Positions 1 through 10,023 of a stretch of 54,836 nucleotides of DNA are shown here, piece by piece. The stretch is from contig CAWVLM010000038.1 of assembly GCA_963930145.1 (NCBI GenBank), positions 1 through 54,836 of the forward strand, in the 5' to 3' direction. Every line of letters starts with the position of its first letter. Position 1 is the first letter of the stretch. The position numbers and the translations under genes were made by a program. The notes under the pieces are model-generated. The model searched no databases. It saw only the letters and a program-made list of their open reading frames with translations, and was not told the DNA's origin. This stretch comes from Clostridia bacterium. Its GTDB lineage: Bacteria > Bacillota > Clostridia > Christensenellales > UBA1242.

Positions 1-1
1 A

Positions 2-868
2 GAGAAAGAAGACCTGCTTCAAGTAACAGAAGAGGGGGAAACAAGCACCTATACCGAAGAAGGCTATTGGTATGTCGAAATGGGAACGTATTCAACAACC
101 ACAGACAACTCCGAAGGCAAACGTGAAAGCGAATATTTACGCTGGAGATATTTCTCAGATACAACGTCGCACTATGAGTTTGATAGAAACACCCGCCCAA
201 CAGGTGAAGGCTATTTTATCTTAGAAAGTTATTATTCTGGTTATCGAAGTGCAAATGTAGGTGGGCTATACTGTTCATGGAATAATGATTATACATATAG
301 AAGCAGTACTGATGCAACCCATAATTACAATGGCTGGAATAATATAGATGCCAATGACTTTTCAACAAGCACAATAAGACAATATATCAATGGGAACGAA
401 GTACAAAAGAGTTATTCAGGCTCATGGAATACAACGGTCACTCCTGCTAATCCATCATCAAACATGTTCACCGACTTACACATAGACCCAGATAATGATA
501 TAGTATACACACAGATAATAGGCAGAACACTCGGAGATTTATATACAGCAATGGCAGATTCAACAACACCAACAGATGAAGATTTTCCAAATTTAACAAA
601 TGCGGATCCAGGTTATCAATACGAGAAAACAGATATAGACAAATTCTGGTTATTATCATATTATGAAGCCTACCACTTATTATCAAATGACACGGCAACA
701 GGAAGTGCTGATACAGATAGAGAGTGGGGATACTACTATTGGCTCCGTTCGCCTAATTCGTCTTATAGTAGTTATGCCTATATTGTTCTTACGTCGGGCA
801 ATCTCGGTAACGGGGATGCCGGCTACGACCTTAGCACGGCTCGAGCAGCTTTCAAATTTTCGATATAG
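2..868 (+). CDS. Surface/secreted protein, 5'-truncated by the window edge; C-terminal W-L-R-S-P type module (DUF6273-like)
   Basis: The frame is open from nt 2 with no stop before the listed Met at 80, so the gene enters from the left edge. LRWRYF, STIRQYINGN, DKFWLLSYYEA, YYWLRSP and the terminal ARAAFKFSI line up with LRWRIL, SEIRAYLNND, DKAFLLSYADI and YTRSP of the 38050-39408 ORF. Confidence 0.6.
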   Translation, partial: EKEDLLQVTEEGETSTYTEEGYWYVEMGTYSTTTDNSEGKRESEYLRWRYFSDTTSHYEFDRNTRPTGEGYFILESYYSGYRSANVGGLYCSWNNDYTYRSSTDATHNYNGWNNIDANDFSTSTIRQYINGNEVQKSYSGSWNTTVTPANPSSNMFTDLHIDPDNDIVYTQIIGRTLGDLYTAMADSTTPTDEDFPNLTNADPGYQYEKTDIDKFWLLSYYEAYHLLSNDTATGSADTDREWGYYYWLRSPNSSYSSYAYIVLTSGNLGNGDAGYDLSTARAAFKFSI

Positions 869-1048
869 ACCCCGAACTTTCCCAAAACCCAAAGAAAATT
901 TGAAACATATATAAATGATATAACCTATCGCTTAATTACTTTAATAGCCAACTTTTTAATAAAACTCAAAAGGCACAATAAATTTGTGTCTTTTGTTTTT
1001 AGAAAATATCAAAAATCATTTTAAATAATATTAACACTTTATATTTAT

Positions 1049-1077
1049 TTGACAAAAACTTATGCTTGTGGTATTAT
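1049..1077 (+). promoter_or_regulatory. Sigma-A type promoter for metG
   Basis: TTGACA (1049-1054), 17-nt spacer, TATTAT (1072-1077) preceded by TGg (extended -10). Confidence 0.55.
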
Positions 1078-1102
1078 TTATTCACTTAAAAGGCAGGGCA
1101 TA

Positions 1103-2680
1103 ATGAAAGAAACATTCTATATCACAACACCTATATATTATCCAAGCAACAAACTTCATCTTGGCAATTCTTACACAACTATTGTCTGCGATGCACTTGC
1201 ACGCTTCAATAGAAAACTTGGCAAAGACGTAATGTATCTCACAGGCACCGATGAGCATGGTCAAAAGATAAGCTTGGCAGCAGAGAAAGCGGGCAAAACT
1301 GAGAAAGAGTATCTTGATGAAATGGTTGCAGACACCAAGTCACTTTGGCAACTTTTAAATATTTCTTATGATAAGTTTATCAGAACGACTGACTCTTATC
1401 ACGAAAAAGCCGTTCAAAAGATATTCTCTGAGCTTTATAACAAGGGCTATATCTACAAAGGCAGCTATAAAGGCTGGTACTGCACACCTTGCGAATCTTT
1501 TTGGACTGAAAGTCAACTTGTTGACGGCAAATGCCCAGATTGCGGACGTGAAGTAAAATTCCAAGAAGAAGAGGCATATTTCTTTAAGCTCTCTGAGTTT
1601 TCGGACAAACTTTTAAAGCTCTATGAAGAGCATCCTGAGTTTTTATTGCCAAAATCTCGTGTCAACGAAATGGTCAACAACTTTATAAAACCAGGTCTTA
1701 CCGACCTTTGTGTGTCAAGAACGTCTGTCAAGTGGGGTGTTCCTGTAGAGTTTGACCCAAAACACACAATCTATGTGTGGATAGACGCTCTTCCAAACTA
1801 TATCACAGTACTTGGCTATGGCAGCGAAGATGATAGTTTGTTTAAAAAGTTTTGGCCAGCAGACGTTCATGTTATTGGCAAGGAAATTGTGCGTTTTCAT
1901 GCAATCGTATGGCCTGCTATACTTATGGCACTAGGGCTCGAGCTTCCGCACCGCATCTTTGGTCACGGATGGCTTATGTTCGGCGGCGACAAGCTTTCAA
2001 AGAGCAAAGAAAACAGCAAAGTTGAGTGCATAGACCCTCGTGTGCTTGTTCCGCTTTACTCAGCAGATGCAATAAGATATTTTTTGTATCGCGAAATACC
2101 TTTCGGCTCAGACGGCAATTATTCAACAGAAGCTTTCTTAAACCGCTTCAATAGCGACCTTTCAAACAACTATGGCAACCTTGTTTCAAGAACGTTTAGC
2201 ATGGTTAAAAAATATTTTAATTCAGTTATTCCTGAAAGCTCCGCTCTTACCGACCCTGACGACATCACTCTCAAAGATGTTGTAGGCAAAGAAGTTAAAA
2301 ACACGCTTGCCTATATGGAAGAGCTTGACGTCACAAAGGCGGTCTCATCGGTGTTTAACATCTTCACAGAAGCAAACACCTATATTCAAAAGGTTCAACC
2401 TTGGGCAGTTGCAAAACAAGAAGACGGGCAAGAAAGATTAAAAACAATCTTAAGAAACCTTCTTGAAATCATCAGAATAGGCAGCGAACTTTTTGAGCCA
2501 TTTGCTCCAACAAAAGCTAGACAAGTGCTTGACGCTCTTGGCGTAACAGATAAGCTTTTCAAAAATCTTGACAATTTTGCAGGGCTCACGGCAGGGCAAG
2601 AACTAAAACCACTTGAAATACTTTTCCCGCGTCTTGACGTTAGTGCAGAGCTTGAAAAACTAGAACAAATCACAAAATAA
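1103..2680 (+). CDS. metG: Methionyl-tRNA synthetase (short form, no C-terminal tRNA-binding domain)
   Basis: HLGN (HIGH-type) and KLSKS (KMSKS-type) motifs and a CTPCES...CPDCG zinc knuckle. The ATG at 1103 (MKETFYITTPIYY) is preferred over the TTG at 1049, which overlaps the promoter. Confidence 0.93.
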   Translation: MKETFYITTPIYYPSNKLHLGNSYTTIVCDALARFNRKLGKDVMYLTGTDEHGQKISLAAEKAGKTEKEYLDEMVADTKSLWQLLNISYDKFIRTTDSYHEKAVQKIFSELYNKGYIYKGSYKGWYCTPCESFWTESQLVDGKCPDCGREVKFQEEEAYFFKLSEFSDKLLKLYEEHPEFLLPKSRVNEMVNNFIKPGLTDLCVSRTSVKWGVPVEFDPKHTIYVWIDALPNYITVLGYGSEDDSLFKKFWPADVHVIGKEIVRFHAIVWPAILMALGLELPHRIFGHGWLMFGGDKLSKSKENSKVECIDPRVLVPLYSADAIRYFLYREIPFGSDGNYSTEAFLNRFNSDLSNNYGNLVSRTFSMVKKYFNSVIPESSALTDPDDITLKDVVGKEVKNTLAYMEELDVTKAVSSVFNIFTEANTYIQKVQPWAVAKQEDGQERLKTILRNLLEIIRIGSELFEPFAPTKARQVLDALGVTDKLFKNLDNFAGLTAGQELKPLEILFPRLDVSAELEKLEQITK

Positions 2681-2701
2681 ATAAAAACAGTTTAAAAATG
2701 G

Positions 2702-2730
2702 AGTGAAAAAATGTTTTTCACTTCATTTTC
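2702..2730 (+). terminator. Intrinsic terminator after metG
   Basis: AGTGAAAAA-ATG-TTTTTCACT, a 9-bp stem followed by a T-rich tail. Confidence 0.6.
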
Positions 2731-2841
2731 GTTTATAAAAAATTTTTAACGACAAAAATCTTGATAAAAATAACAAAAGTATTTAAAATAATTTGAGAAA
2801 AATTCCTTAAAAATGCTATCATATATCTAAAGGAGATTTAT

Positions 2842-5364
2842 ATGAGTGCAACGGCAATAGGTTGGATTGTATCTATTATATTTGTAATAATCTTAGTGAT
2901 AGGCTTTTTTGTGGGCTTTTGGCGTGGACTTAAAAGGTCGACAGCAAACCTTGTGTTTTCTGTTATTGGCATAATAGTTGCCTTTTTTGTAACACCAGTA
3001 ATTACAAACGCCATTATGGGCATACAGATTGATAATAATGGCAAGCAAGTCTCACTTAGTCAGGCGATAATAGAAGCACTAAAAGAAGATGAAACAATTT
3101 CAGCTATCATCACAAGAAATCCGAGCATGGAATCCTTTATAGAAGCCCTGCCTGCCGCTCTTGCAAATGTGGTTGTATTTCTTTTGGTGACCTGCGTTAT
3201 AGAGCTTTTGATATATATTGTTTACAGAATAATTGCATGCTTCACATTTAAAACTCAAGAAGGCGAAAGCAAACATCGCTGGTGGGGAGCAGGTGTTGGA
3301 CTTGTAAAGACCTTTCTTCTCACAATCTTTGCTTTTATGCCGCTTGCTGGGCTTGTAGGGGTGTATGGAACAGCAAAAAACAGTAATGAAATGTTTGTCA
3401 CAAACAGCGAAGTGACGGCAAGCTCTCTTCTAGACGAAGTTCCCCCAGAAGTTGATGAAATTTTGACAGGACTTGAGAATAATGCTCTTATCAAAATCTG
3501 TGGAATTTTTGGACTAGATAACGCAACTTTTGACTATTATTCACAAGTAAAGGTTGACAGCAACACAATATATCTACGAAAAGAATTAAAAAATCTTTAT
3601 CCTATTGCTAATATGACCTATCAAATTGTGAAAACCGATGAATATATAACTTTTAATGATGTAGATTACGATAAACTTGAAAAGTATGTCAATAATTTTA
3701 CTGAAGGTGGACTATTTAAAGGGATTATAGTGGACCTTGCAAATGATATTATTCAAAATTATCAAGAGTATCCATTTATCTCTAAAAGCGAAAATTTATC
3801 ACAAATTCAAGAGATTTTAGCTCCAATTCAAACAAAATTACAAGAATATTCACAAAATCACGACATGCTTGAGCAGTATTTTACACATGATGTGAAATAT
3901 ATCTTCCAAACAGTAAAGACTGCTGCTCAAAATGGTATCATAGATGAAATTATGTCAATGCCACAAACAACCACGCTTGAACATGTCATTGACACACTGA
4001 CAAACGATAAAAATATTGTGGCGACCGAGACTACTCTTTCAAGCGTGCTAGATATCAACCTTGTTCGAGACGCTATAGCACCGCTTACCGAAATGCTACT
4101 TGATGAAGTAAAACAAAGCGTTGAGCTTGAACCGATATCAGTTGACACAAGCTCATGGGGTGAGCAAGATTGGGATAAGCTTTCATCTTCGGTTGTAAAT
4201 GTTCTTAAAGATTATAGCGACCTATCAGACCAAGTAGATATTATAGGCGTTGTGGAAGACCCTAGCCTTTTGATAAGTGATGAAAGCATTGATATTGAAA
4301 ATATAACATCTTCTCTTGGCAAACTTTTAGATGAGGCAAGGTCGATAAAATTATTCTACAATGCAAACGATGAGTCAATAATAGATAATCTTCTTGCAAA
4401 TTACAATATTTCGCTTCCAGATTCAGCGGTATTTAACGCAGAAGGACAGGCTGTTGAAATTGAAAATTATAGCGAATTATTTGAATTTATCACGCCATCT
4501 CTGACAAAAATCAAAGAAAATAATCTCTATGACGTGTTGAATAATTCTCAAGATACTTTAACTCTTATGAGCCAGCTCGCCGAAGTTTTGTCACAAGATG
4601 GCAAAGAAAACCTTTTAAGCGAGATAGTGCTTCCACTTTCTCAAGTTGAGCCAACTAAGACCTTTGTGGTTGAAGAGATGTTGCAGACAATACAAAATAA
4701 TGTTGTAGACTTTACGGCTTTGACTAGTTATCAAGATTGGAAGAATGATTTAGGTCAAATCTCAGACCTTCTTGTAACGCTTAATTCACTCACTCTTGAA
4801 GATGTCACATATCTAGAGCTTGCCATAAATGGAGATGTACAATCTATTATAAATAATCTCACAGAAGTTAGTCTTGCAAGCGTTGTAAAACCAGTGCTTT
4901 ATGCAAAATCAACTTCGTCTTTGAGAGATGAGCTATTTACCTCTATCACCGATGTCGTTGACGGAATAACTTCTGTTACAAATACAATAGACCTAAGCGG
5001 TATAACCTTAGCTCAAAATAACAGTGAAGACCAAGCAGACGAAATTTGCAATATTCTTGCAGACTTCTTAGAACTTAATAAGGTCTATAGCGAAGGCATG
5101 GGCTTAAGAGATATTGATAAGACTCTTCTTGGAGAGTTCTTAACCAGCATGCAACAAAATGCTTACAGGCAAACTCTTCTAGCTAAACAAGAAGCGGGTG
5201 CCTTTAAGAGCGTTTATGACAACATTCTTACAACCATAAAAACAGAATATCAAGATGTAATAGCTCTTTCAAGCGACCTTCAACAGATGCTTGACGAAGA
5301 AAACTATCCATATATTGATTTTACAGCACTCTTTGATTTGATAGCTGAACTTGAAAGTTTATAA
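2842..5364 (+). CDS. Large membrane protein: CvpA-like multi-TM N-terminus plus a ~650-aa acidic helical region of unknown function
   Basis: AAAGGAG RBS 8 nt upstream. Hydrophobic segments in the first ~200 aa resemble the colicin V production (CvpA) fold. The remainder has no motif I recognise. The stop lies just before the rsmH start. Confidence 0.7.
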   Translation: MSATAIGWIVSIIFVIILVIGFFVGFWRGLKRSTANLVFSVIGIIVAFFVTPVITNAIMGIQIDNNGKQVSLSQAIIEALKEDETISAIITRNPSMESFIEALPAALANVVVFLLVTCVIELLIYIVYRIIACFTFKTQEGESKHRWWGAGVGLVKTFLLTIFAFMPLAGLVGVYGTAKNSNEMFVTNSEVTASSLLDEVPPEVDEILTGLENNALIKICGIFGLDNATFDYYSQVKVDSNTIYLRKELKNLYPIANMTYQIVKTDEYITFNDVDYDKLEKYVNNFTEGGLFKGIIVDLANDIIQNYQEYPFISKSENLSQIQEILAPIQTKLQEYSQNHDMLEQYFTHDVKYIFQTVKTAAQNGIIDEIMSMPQTTTLEHVIDTLTNDKNIVATETTLSSVLDINLVRDAIAPLTEMLLDEVKQSVELEPISVDTSSWGEQDWDKLSSSVVNVLKDYSDLSDQVDIIGVVEDPSLLISDESIDIENITSSLGKLLDEARSIKLFYNANDESIIDNLLANYNISLPDSAVFNAEGQAVEIENYSELFEFITPSLTKIKENNLYDVLNNSQDTLTLMSQLAEVLSQDGKENLLSEIVLPLSQVEPTKTFVVEEMLQTIQNNVVDFTALTSYQDWKNDLGQISDLLVTLNSLTLEDVTYLELAINGDVQSIINNLTEVSLASVVKPVLYAKSTSSLRDELFTSITDVVDGITSVTNTIDLSGITLAQNNSEDQADEICNILADFLELNKVYSEGMGLRDIDKTLLGEFLTSMQQNAYRQTLLAKQEAGAFKSVYDNILTTIKTEYQDVIALSSDLQQMLDEENYPYIDFTALFDLIAELESL

Positions 5365-5380
5365 ACTAAAAGGACAGAAG

Positions 5381-6316
5381 ATGAGCGAATTTAAACACAT
5401 TCCAGTACTTTTAAAGGAAGTTATAGAAGGGCTTGATATCAAAGCTGACGGCATCTATGTTGATTGCACTATAGGTGGCGGTGGGCATTCTTCCAAAATC
5501 GTGGAAAGATTGTCAGAAAAAGGTCACCTTTATGGCTTCGATAGAGACAATGAAGCGGTGAAAGTTTGCAAAGAAAGGTTTAAAAACAATAAAAATGTGA
5601 CAATAATTCATGCAAACTATAAAGATGCACCAATTCTTTTGCGAGAAATGGGAATAAAAAGTATAGATGGCTTTTTGATAGACCTTGGGGTAAGCTCCTA
5701 TCAAATTGACACAGCAGAGCGTGGTTTTAGCTTTTTGCATGAAGGCAGACTTGATATGCGTATGGATAAAGAGCAAGACCTTGACGCTTTTGGGGTGGTA
5801 AACTACTATTCCAAAGAAAGACTTTTAGATATTTTATATAAGTATGGCGAAGAGAGCAATGCTCGAAAAATTGTTGAAAATATCATAAAATATCGTAAAA
5901 TTAAGCCTATTGAGACGACAACCCAGTTAAAAGACATCGTTGAAGAGAGTTTTCCAAAAAAAGTGATATACGGTAAAGGCGGAGTTTCAAAAAAGACCTT
6001 TCAGGCAATACGTATTGAAGTCAATGGAGAGCTTTCAGGACTTGACAGCCTTTTAAAAGAGCTTCTTGCAATGCTTTCAAAAGGCGGGCGGGGAGCAGTG
6101 ATAACTTTTCATAGTCTTGAAGACCGCATAGTCAAAAATGTATTCAAAGAAGAAGCCACTGATTGCCTATGTCCGCCCAAAATACCAGTTTGCATATGCG
6201 GACACAAAAAATCTATAAGACTTATAAATAAAAAGCCAGTCATAGCAAGCGGAGAAGAGCTTAAAGCTAATCCACGCAGCAGCAGTGCAAAGCTAAGAAT
6301 AGTTGAAAAACTTTAA
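5381..6316 (+). CDS. rsmH: 16S rRNA (cytosine1402-N4)-methyltransferase
   Basis: DCTIGGGGHS SAM-binding motif, DLGVSSYQ, and the C-terminal NPRSSSAKLR typical of MraW/RsmH. ATG at 5381 preceded by AAAAGGA. Confidence 0.92.
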   Translation: MSEFKHIPVLLKEVIEGLDIKADGIYVDCTIGGGGHSSKIVERLSEKGHLYGFDRDNEAVKVCKERFKNNKNVTIIHANYKDAPILLREMGIKSIDGFLIDLGVSSYQIDTAERGFSFLHEGRLDMRMDKEQDLDAFGVVNYYSKERLLDILYKYGEESNARKIVENIIKYRKIKPIETTTQLKDIVEESFPKKVIYGKGGVSKKTFQAIRIEVNGELSGLDSLLKELLAMLSKGGRGAVITFHSLEDRIVKNVFKEEATDCLCPPKIPVCICGHKKSIRLINKKPVIASGEELKANPRSSSAKLRIVEKL

Positions 6317-6358
6317 TTTAGCCAAAATGTAATATAACAGGAAGGGGGTAAATATAAT

Positions 6359-7096
6359 ATGGAAGAGAAGACCTTACTTGCTGAAATAGAAAAAGAGCAA
6401 AAGAAAAAGATAGAAGAGAAGTTTTTAGAGCAGAAAGGCAGCATTCCAAGTGAAAGTGCAAACAAGACGCTGTCTAAGCCTGAAACAAAAGAGCAGGGCG
6501 AGCAAAAGCGTTCAAAGCCAAATTCAAGCGTTTTTTCATCAAAAAACCTTCAAAATACCGCTCTTGCCGAGAAACTTGAAAAAAAATATAGAGAACTTAG
6601 TGGCGAGCAACTAGACGAGACTGAAGAGCTTGTTTGCCAAACAGAAGATATAGAAGAGCAAACTTTATCAGCAGGTAAGTCTACTATAATCGAAAGACCG
6701 AACTATGATTTTATAGAAGAGCTATCATCCGAGCAGCGTGACAAGATATTTAAAATAGAAAAGCCCGAAACAAAAAGCGAAACCAAACCTAAAACAAACA
6801 AACTTAGAAACATTGTGCTAGCTTTATTATTTTTAATCTTTGGAGTATGGGGTATAATAAATATCGCAACGCTTGATTCGCTAGGCAGCCAGATAAGTGA
6901 CATTTCAACAGAGTATGATATGAATTTGATATCTTATCTCAACAATCTACACAATCTAGATGCCACAAACAGCGAAAACATGGAAAATCTTTTCCAGACA
7001 ATCCCAAAAGACGAAGTTCCACCAAACTCAATCGGGCAGCAATCAAATTGGTTTGATAGATTTTGTAATTTCATAGCAGGGCTGTTTGGAGGCTAG
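6359..7096 (+). CDS. Bitopic membrane protein in the FtsL position of the division cluster (long K/E-rich cytoplasmic N-terminus)
   Basis: Single TM (LRNIVLALLFLIFGVWGIINIA) near residue 150. Sits between rsmH and the class B PBP, where ftsL normally lies. The call rests on position and topology only. Confidence 0.55.
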   Translation: MEEKTLLAEIEKEQKKKIEEKFLEQKGSIPSESANKTLSKPETKEQGEQKRSKPNSSVFSSKNLQNTALAEKLEKKYRELSGEQLDETEELVCQTEDIEEQTLSAGKSTIIERPNYDFIEELSSEQRDKIFKIEKPETKSETKPKTNKLRNIVLALLFLIFGVWGIINIATLDSLGSQISDISTEYDMNLISYLNNLHNLDATNSENMENLFQTIPKDEVPPNSIGQQSNWFDRFCNFIAGLFGG

Positions 7097-7098
7097 TC

Positions 7099-9000
7099 TT
7101 GCAAAAAAAATTCACATTATTTTCATTAAAGAAAAGGATATTAGCAATTCTCTTGGTAATATCCTTTATTTTTTGTGCCTTAATCGTCAGATTATTCGTT
7201 ATACAGGTGATAAATGGCAAAGATTTACAGCTTAGAGCGACCGACCAGTGGACAAGAGACCTTTCTATAGTTGCGCCACGTGGCAGTATATACGATACCA
7301 CAGGTTCAACGCTTGCTGTCAGCTATACAACTTATAATGTCTATGTCAGAGCAAGGGAAGTCATGTCTATAAGCAAGGTCGCATCCGTTTTGTCGCAAGA
7401 ACTTGATTTAGATTTTTCTTCAGTTTATCAAAAAATTAGCAATAGAAATGTCAGCGAAGTGCTGGTAAAAATGCAGGTTGACGGCGAGATTGCAGAGGCT
7501 ATATACAACCATAAACTTGACGGCGTATACTTAGCGGAAAACAGCGATAGATACTATCCAAACGGCAACCTTTTAACGCAGGTGCTTGGCTTTATCAGTA
7601 TAGATAATGTCGGTCAAACGGGCGTTGAAGCATATTATAACGATGTTTTAAGCGGCACTGACGGCTATAGCTATGTCCAAAGTGACCTTCAAGGCAAGGA
7701 GATAGGAGGAAGTTTAAGATACTACTATCCAGCAACGGCGGGCAATAGCTTAACCTTGACGATAGATAGTAAGATGCAACTTATACTTGAACAGGTGCTT
7801 GAGCAAATTATGGAAGAGCAGCAGGCAAAGAACGTTTCAGGGCTTATCATGAATGCCAAGACAGGAGAAATTTTGTCTCTTTCAAGTAAGCCTAGCTTTG
7901 ACCTTAACGATGTGCCACGCGATGACCTTGAAACGCTCTTTGATCAAAGCCGAATAAAACTTGTAACCGATATATACGAGCCAGGGTCTACTTTTAAAAT
8001 ATTGACAGTTGCCGCCGCACTTGAAGCGGGTGTATGCAGTTTAGACGACACTTTCTATTGTCCAGGCTATAGAATTATAGACGGCGAAAAAATCAAATGT
8101 TGGAAAACAATAGGGCATGGAACGCAAACTCTTGCGGAAGCCTTTTCTAATTCATGTAACTGCTGCTTTATGGACCTTGCCCTTAGACTTGGCGTTGATA
8201 GATTCTATGAGTATATGGAAAAGTTCGGACTTGGTCAGCAGACCGGCATAGATATCTCAGGCGAAGGCAGCGGAATGCTTATGGCAAAATCTCAGGTCAG
8301 AACGGTGGACCTTGCTCGTATGGGCTTTGGTCACGCGGTTGCTCTCACCCCAATTCAGCTTTTGACTGCCGTTGCCTCTATCATAAATGGCGGCACTTAC
8401 AACGAGCCACATTTGTTATCTTCAATCACTGACACCACAAGCGGTGAAACACAAACAATAGAAAGCAGTGTCAGGGCAACGGGGGTTGTCAGCAGCGAGA
8501 CGTCTCAAACAGTCAACTACCTTCTAGAACTTGCAGAAAATAAGACGGGCAAATACACCTTTGTTGAAGGCTACAATGTTGGCGGCAAAACGGGAACAGC
8601 ACAGAAATATAGTGAAAGCGGCGGGATTGCTCAAGGTAAATATATTTCGAGCTTTATAGGAACCTATCCGGCGGATGACCCAGAATATATTGTATTTATC
8701 ATGGTTGACGAGCCAAGTGCTGGTGCCTATTATGGAAGCATCGTTGCCGCACCTTATGGCAAGATAGTTTTTAGCAATCTGTTTGACTATCTCAACGAGC
8801 CTAAACAGGATGAAAACGTGAAAGTTGAGTATGTAGAAATGCCCAATGTTGAAGGCTTAAGTCTAGCAGATGCCGCAGTTGCCTTAAAAAATCTAGGCTT
8901 ATACTATGAGCTTGACGGCGAAGGAGAGTATGTTACTAGGCAGCTTCCGCCTGCTGGCACAAGTATTCAAGTTGGCACAAGCGTTGTTTTGATAACCTAA
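7099..9000 (+). CDS. Class B penicillin-binding protein (PBP2B/FtsI type) with one C-terminal PASTA domain
   Basis: N-terminal TM. STFK, SNS and KTGT transpeptidase motifs. PASTA-like tail (VEMPNVEGLSLADAAVALKNLGL...). TTG start 6 nt after a GGAGG. Confidence 0.9.
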   Translation: MQKKFTLFSLKKRILAILLVISFIFCALIVRLFVIQVINGKDLQLRATDQWTRDLSIVAPRGSIYDTTGSTLAVSYTTYNVYVRAREVMSISKVASVLSQELDLDFSSVYQKISNRNVSEVLVKMQVDGEIAEAIYNHKLDGVYLAENSDRYYPNGNLLTQVLGFISIDNVGQTGVEAYYNDVLSGTDGYSYVQSDLQGKEIGGSLRYYYPATAGNSLTLTIDSKMQLILEQVLEQIMEEQQAKNVSGLIMNAKTGEILSLSSKPSFDLNDVPRDDLETLFDQSRIKLVTDIYEPGSTFKILTVAAALEAGVCSLDDTFYCPGYRIIDGEKIKCWKTIGHGTQTLAEAFSNSCNCCFMDLALRLGVDRFYEYMEKFGLGQQTGIDISGEGSGMLMAKSQVRTVDLARMGFGHAVALTPIQLLTAVASIINGGTYNEPHLLSSITDTTSGETQTIESSVRATGVVSSETSQTVNYLLELAENKTGKYTFVEGYNVGGKTGTAQKYSESGGIAQGKYISSFIGTYPADDPEYIVFIMVDEPSAGAYYGSIVAAPYGKIVFSNLFDYLNEPKQDENVKVEYVEMPNVEGLSLADAAVALKNLGLYYELDGEGEYVTRQLPPAGTSIQVGTSVVLIT

Positions 9001-9109
9001 AAATATCTTAATTTGATAGAAAACGTTAAATATACGCTTTACAGCAATCATTTTGTTAAAAAACTGCTATTTACTTGATAAAAATATTAAAAAATTATAA
9101 AATAATAGC

Positions 9110-9820
9110 ATGAGCACGGTATGGATTATCATTATTGCAGTCATAGCCTTTGGAGTTTTGTTGTGTTTTTTGCTGGCGATAGCAAATTTTGCGTACGATA
9201 AGTTTTTACAAAGCTACAAAGAACTTGATAAAGTTTCGCTGCAAGGGGATTTGTCAGTCTATGATTTTATAACTTATATAAATCATAGTGAGTTTAACGG
9301 GAAATTGCAGTTTATTCAAATTTCTCAGCTTGCTGGTGATGCGTATAGCAAAGGGAAATTATTTCTATCAACAAATACCTTAAATAAAAATTCGCTTGCC
9401 TCTATATCTATTATTGCTCATGAACTAGGTCATGCAAAACAAGATAAAGAAGGCAAAAAACTTAAGCGACTACACTTTTTAAGGGCTTTTGGAAAGATAA
9501 TTGGTGTATTTTTGCCTCTTCTTATAATTGCAGGCATTGTTATGCTCATTCTGGGAGAAGATTATTTCAACATAAGCTTTATCTTACTCGGCTGTGCAGC
9601 GTTAATATTTATTCTTGCACTTTTTACTAAGCTTTTAACAATTTCTATAGAAAAAGACGCGTCAAAAAAGGCAATTAAAATGCTTGAAGAATATTTGTCA
9701 GAAGGCGAGATAAAAAAGGCAAAAAAGTTTTTAAACGACGCAAGACTTACCTATTGGGCAGATTTTTTAAGATTGATACTCGGCTGGACAGCATTATCAA
9801 AAAAATCAAGTTTATTTTAA
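9110..9820 (+). CDS. Membrane zinc metallopeptidase, divergent YugP-like (Zn_peptidase_2) paralog
   Basis: HELGH motif followed by C-terminal TM helices, the same layout as the next gene. No Shine-Dalgarno sequence; see the leaderless-mRNA finding. Confidence 0.7.
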   Translation: MSTVWIIIIAVIAFGVLLCFLLAIANFAYDKFLQSYKELDKVSLQGDLSVYDFITYINHSEFNGKLQFIQISQLAGDAYSKGKLFLSTNTLNKNSLASISIIAHELGHAKQDKEGKKLKRLHFLRAFGKIIGVFLPLLIIAGIVMLILGEDYFNISFILLGCAALIFILALFTKLLTISIEKDASKKAIKMLEEYLSEGEIKKAKKFLNDARLTYWADFLRLILGWTALSKKSSLF

Positions 9821-10023
9821 AGTTAAATTTAATTGAAAATAAATATAAATAAAATAATTAGAAAAATAATTTAAAAATAAACAAAAATCATAAAAAATAG
9901 CAAAAAATAAAAATAATGAAAAGCAGTAAAAATAAAAAATAAAAATAAATCAAAAAAAATAAAGAAAAAATCATAAAAAATTAGTAAATTAAATATAATA
10001 AATAATTTAAAGGGGAATTTATA

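Noticed and set aside
1049-1102. N-terminal extensions in the ORF track (metG from the TTG at 1049; rsmH 5351; glyQS to 13417; lipoprotein to 32415; U32 from 32421; 34717-35199; 41524; 14711; 50802)
   Set aside because: In each case an internal ATG preceded by a GGAG-type RBS matches the expected family N-terminus or signal peptide. The upstream extension overlaps promoter or leader sequence.
5365-5380. Looked for mraZ upstream of rsmH
   Set aside because: No MraZ-like ORF on either strand. The upstream gene is an unrelated 840-aa membrane protein.
9821-10023. Possible CRISPR array or minisatellite in the A-rich spacer
   Set aside because: No regularly spaced repeats of 24-40 nt, only low-complexity A runs with one 16-nt duplicate.
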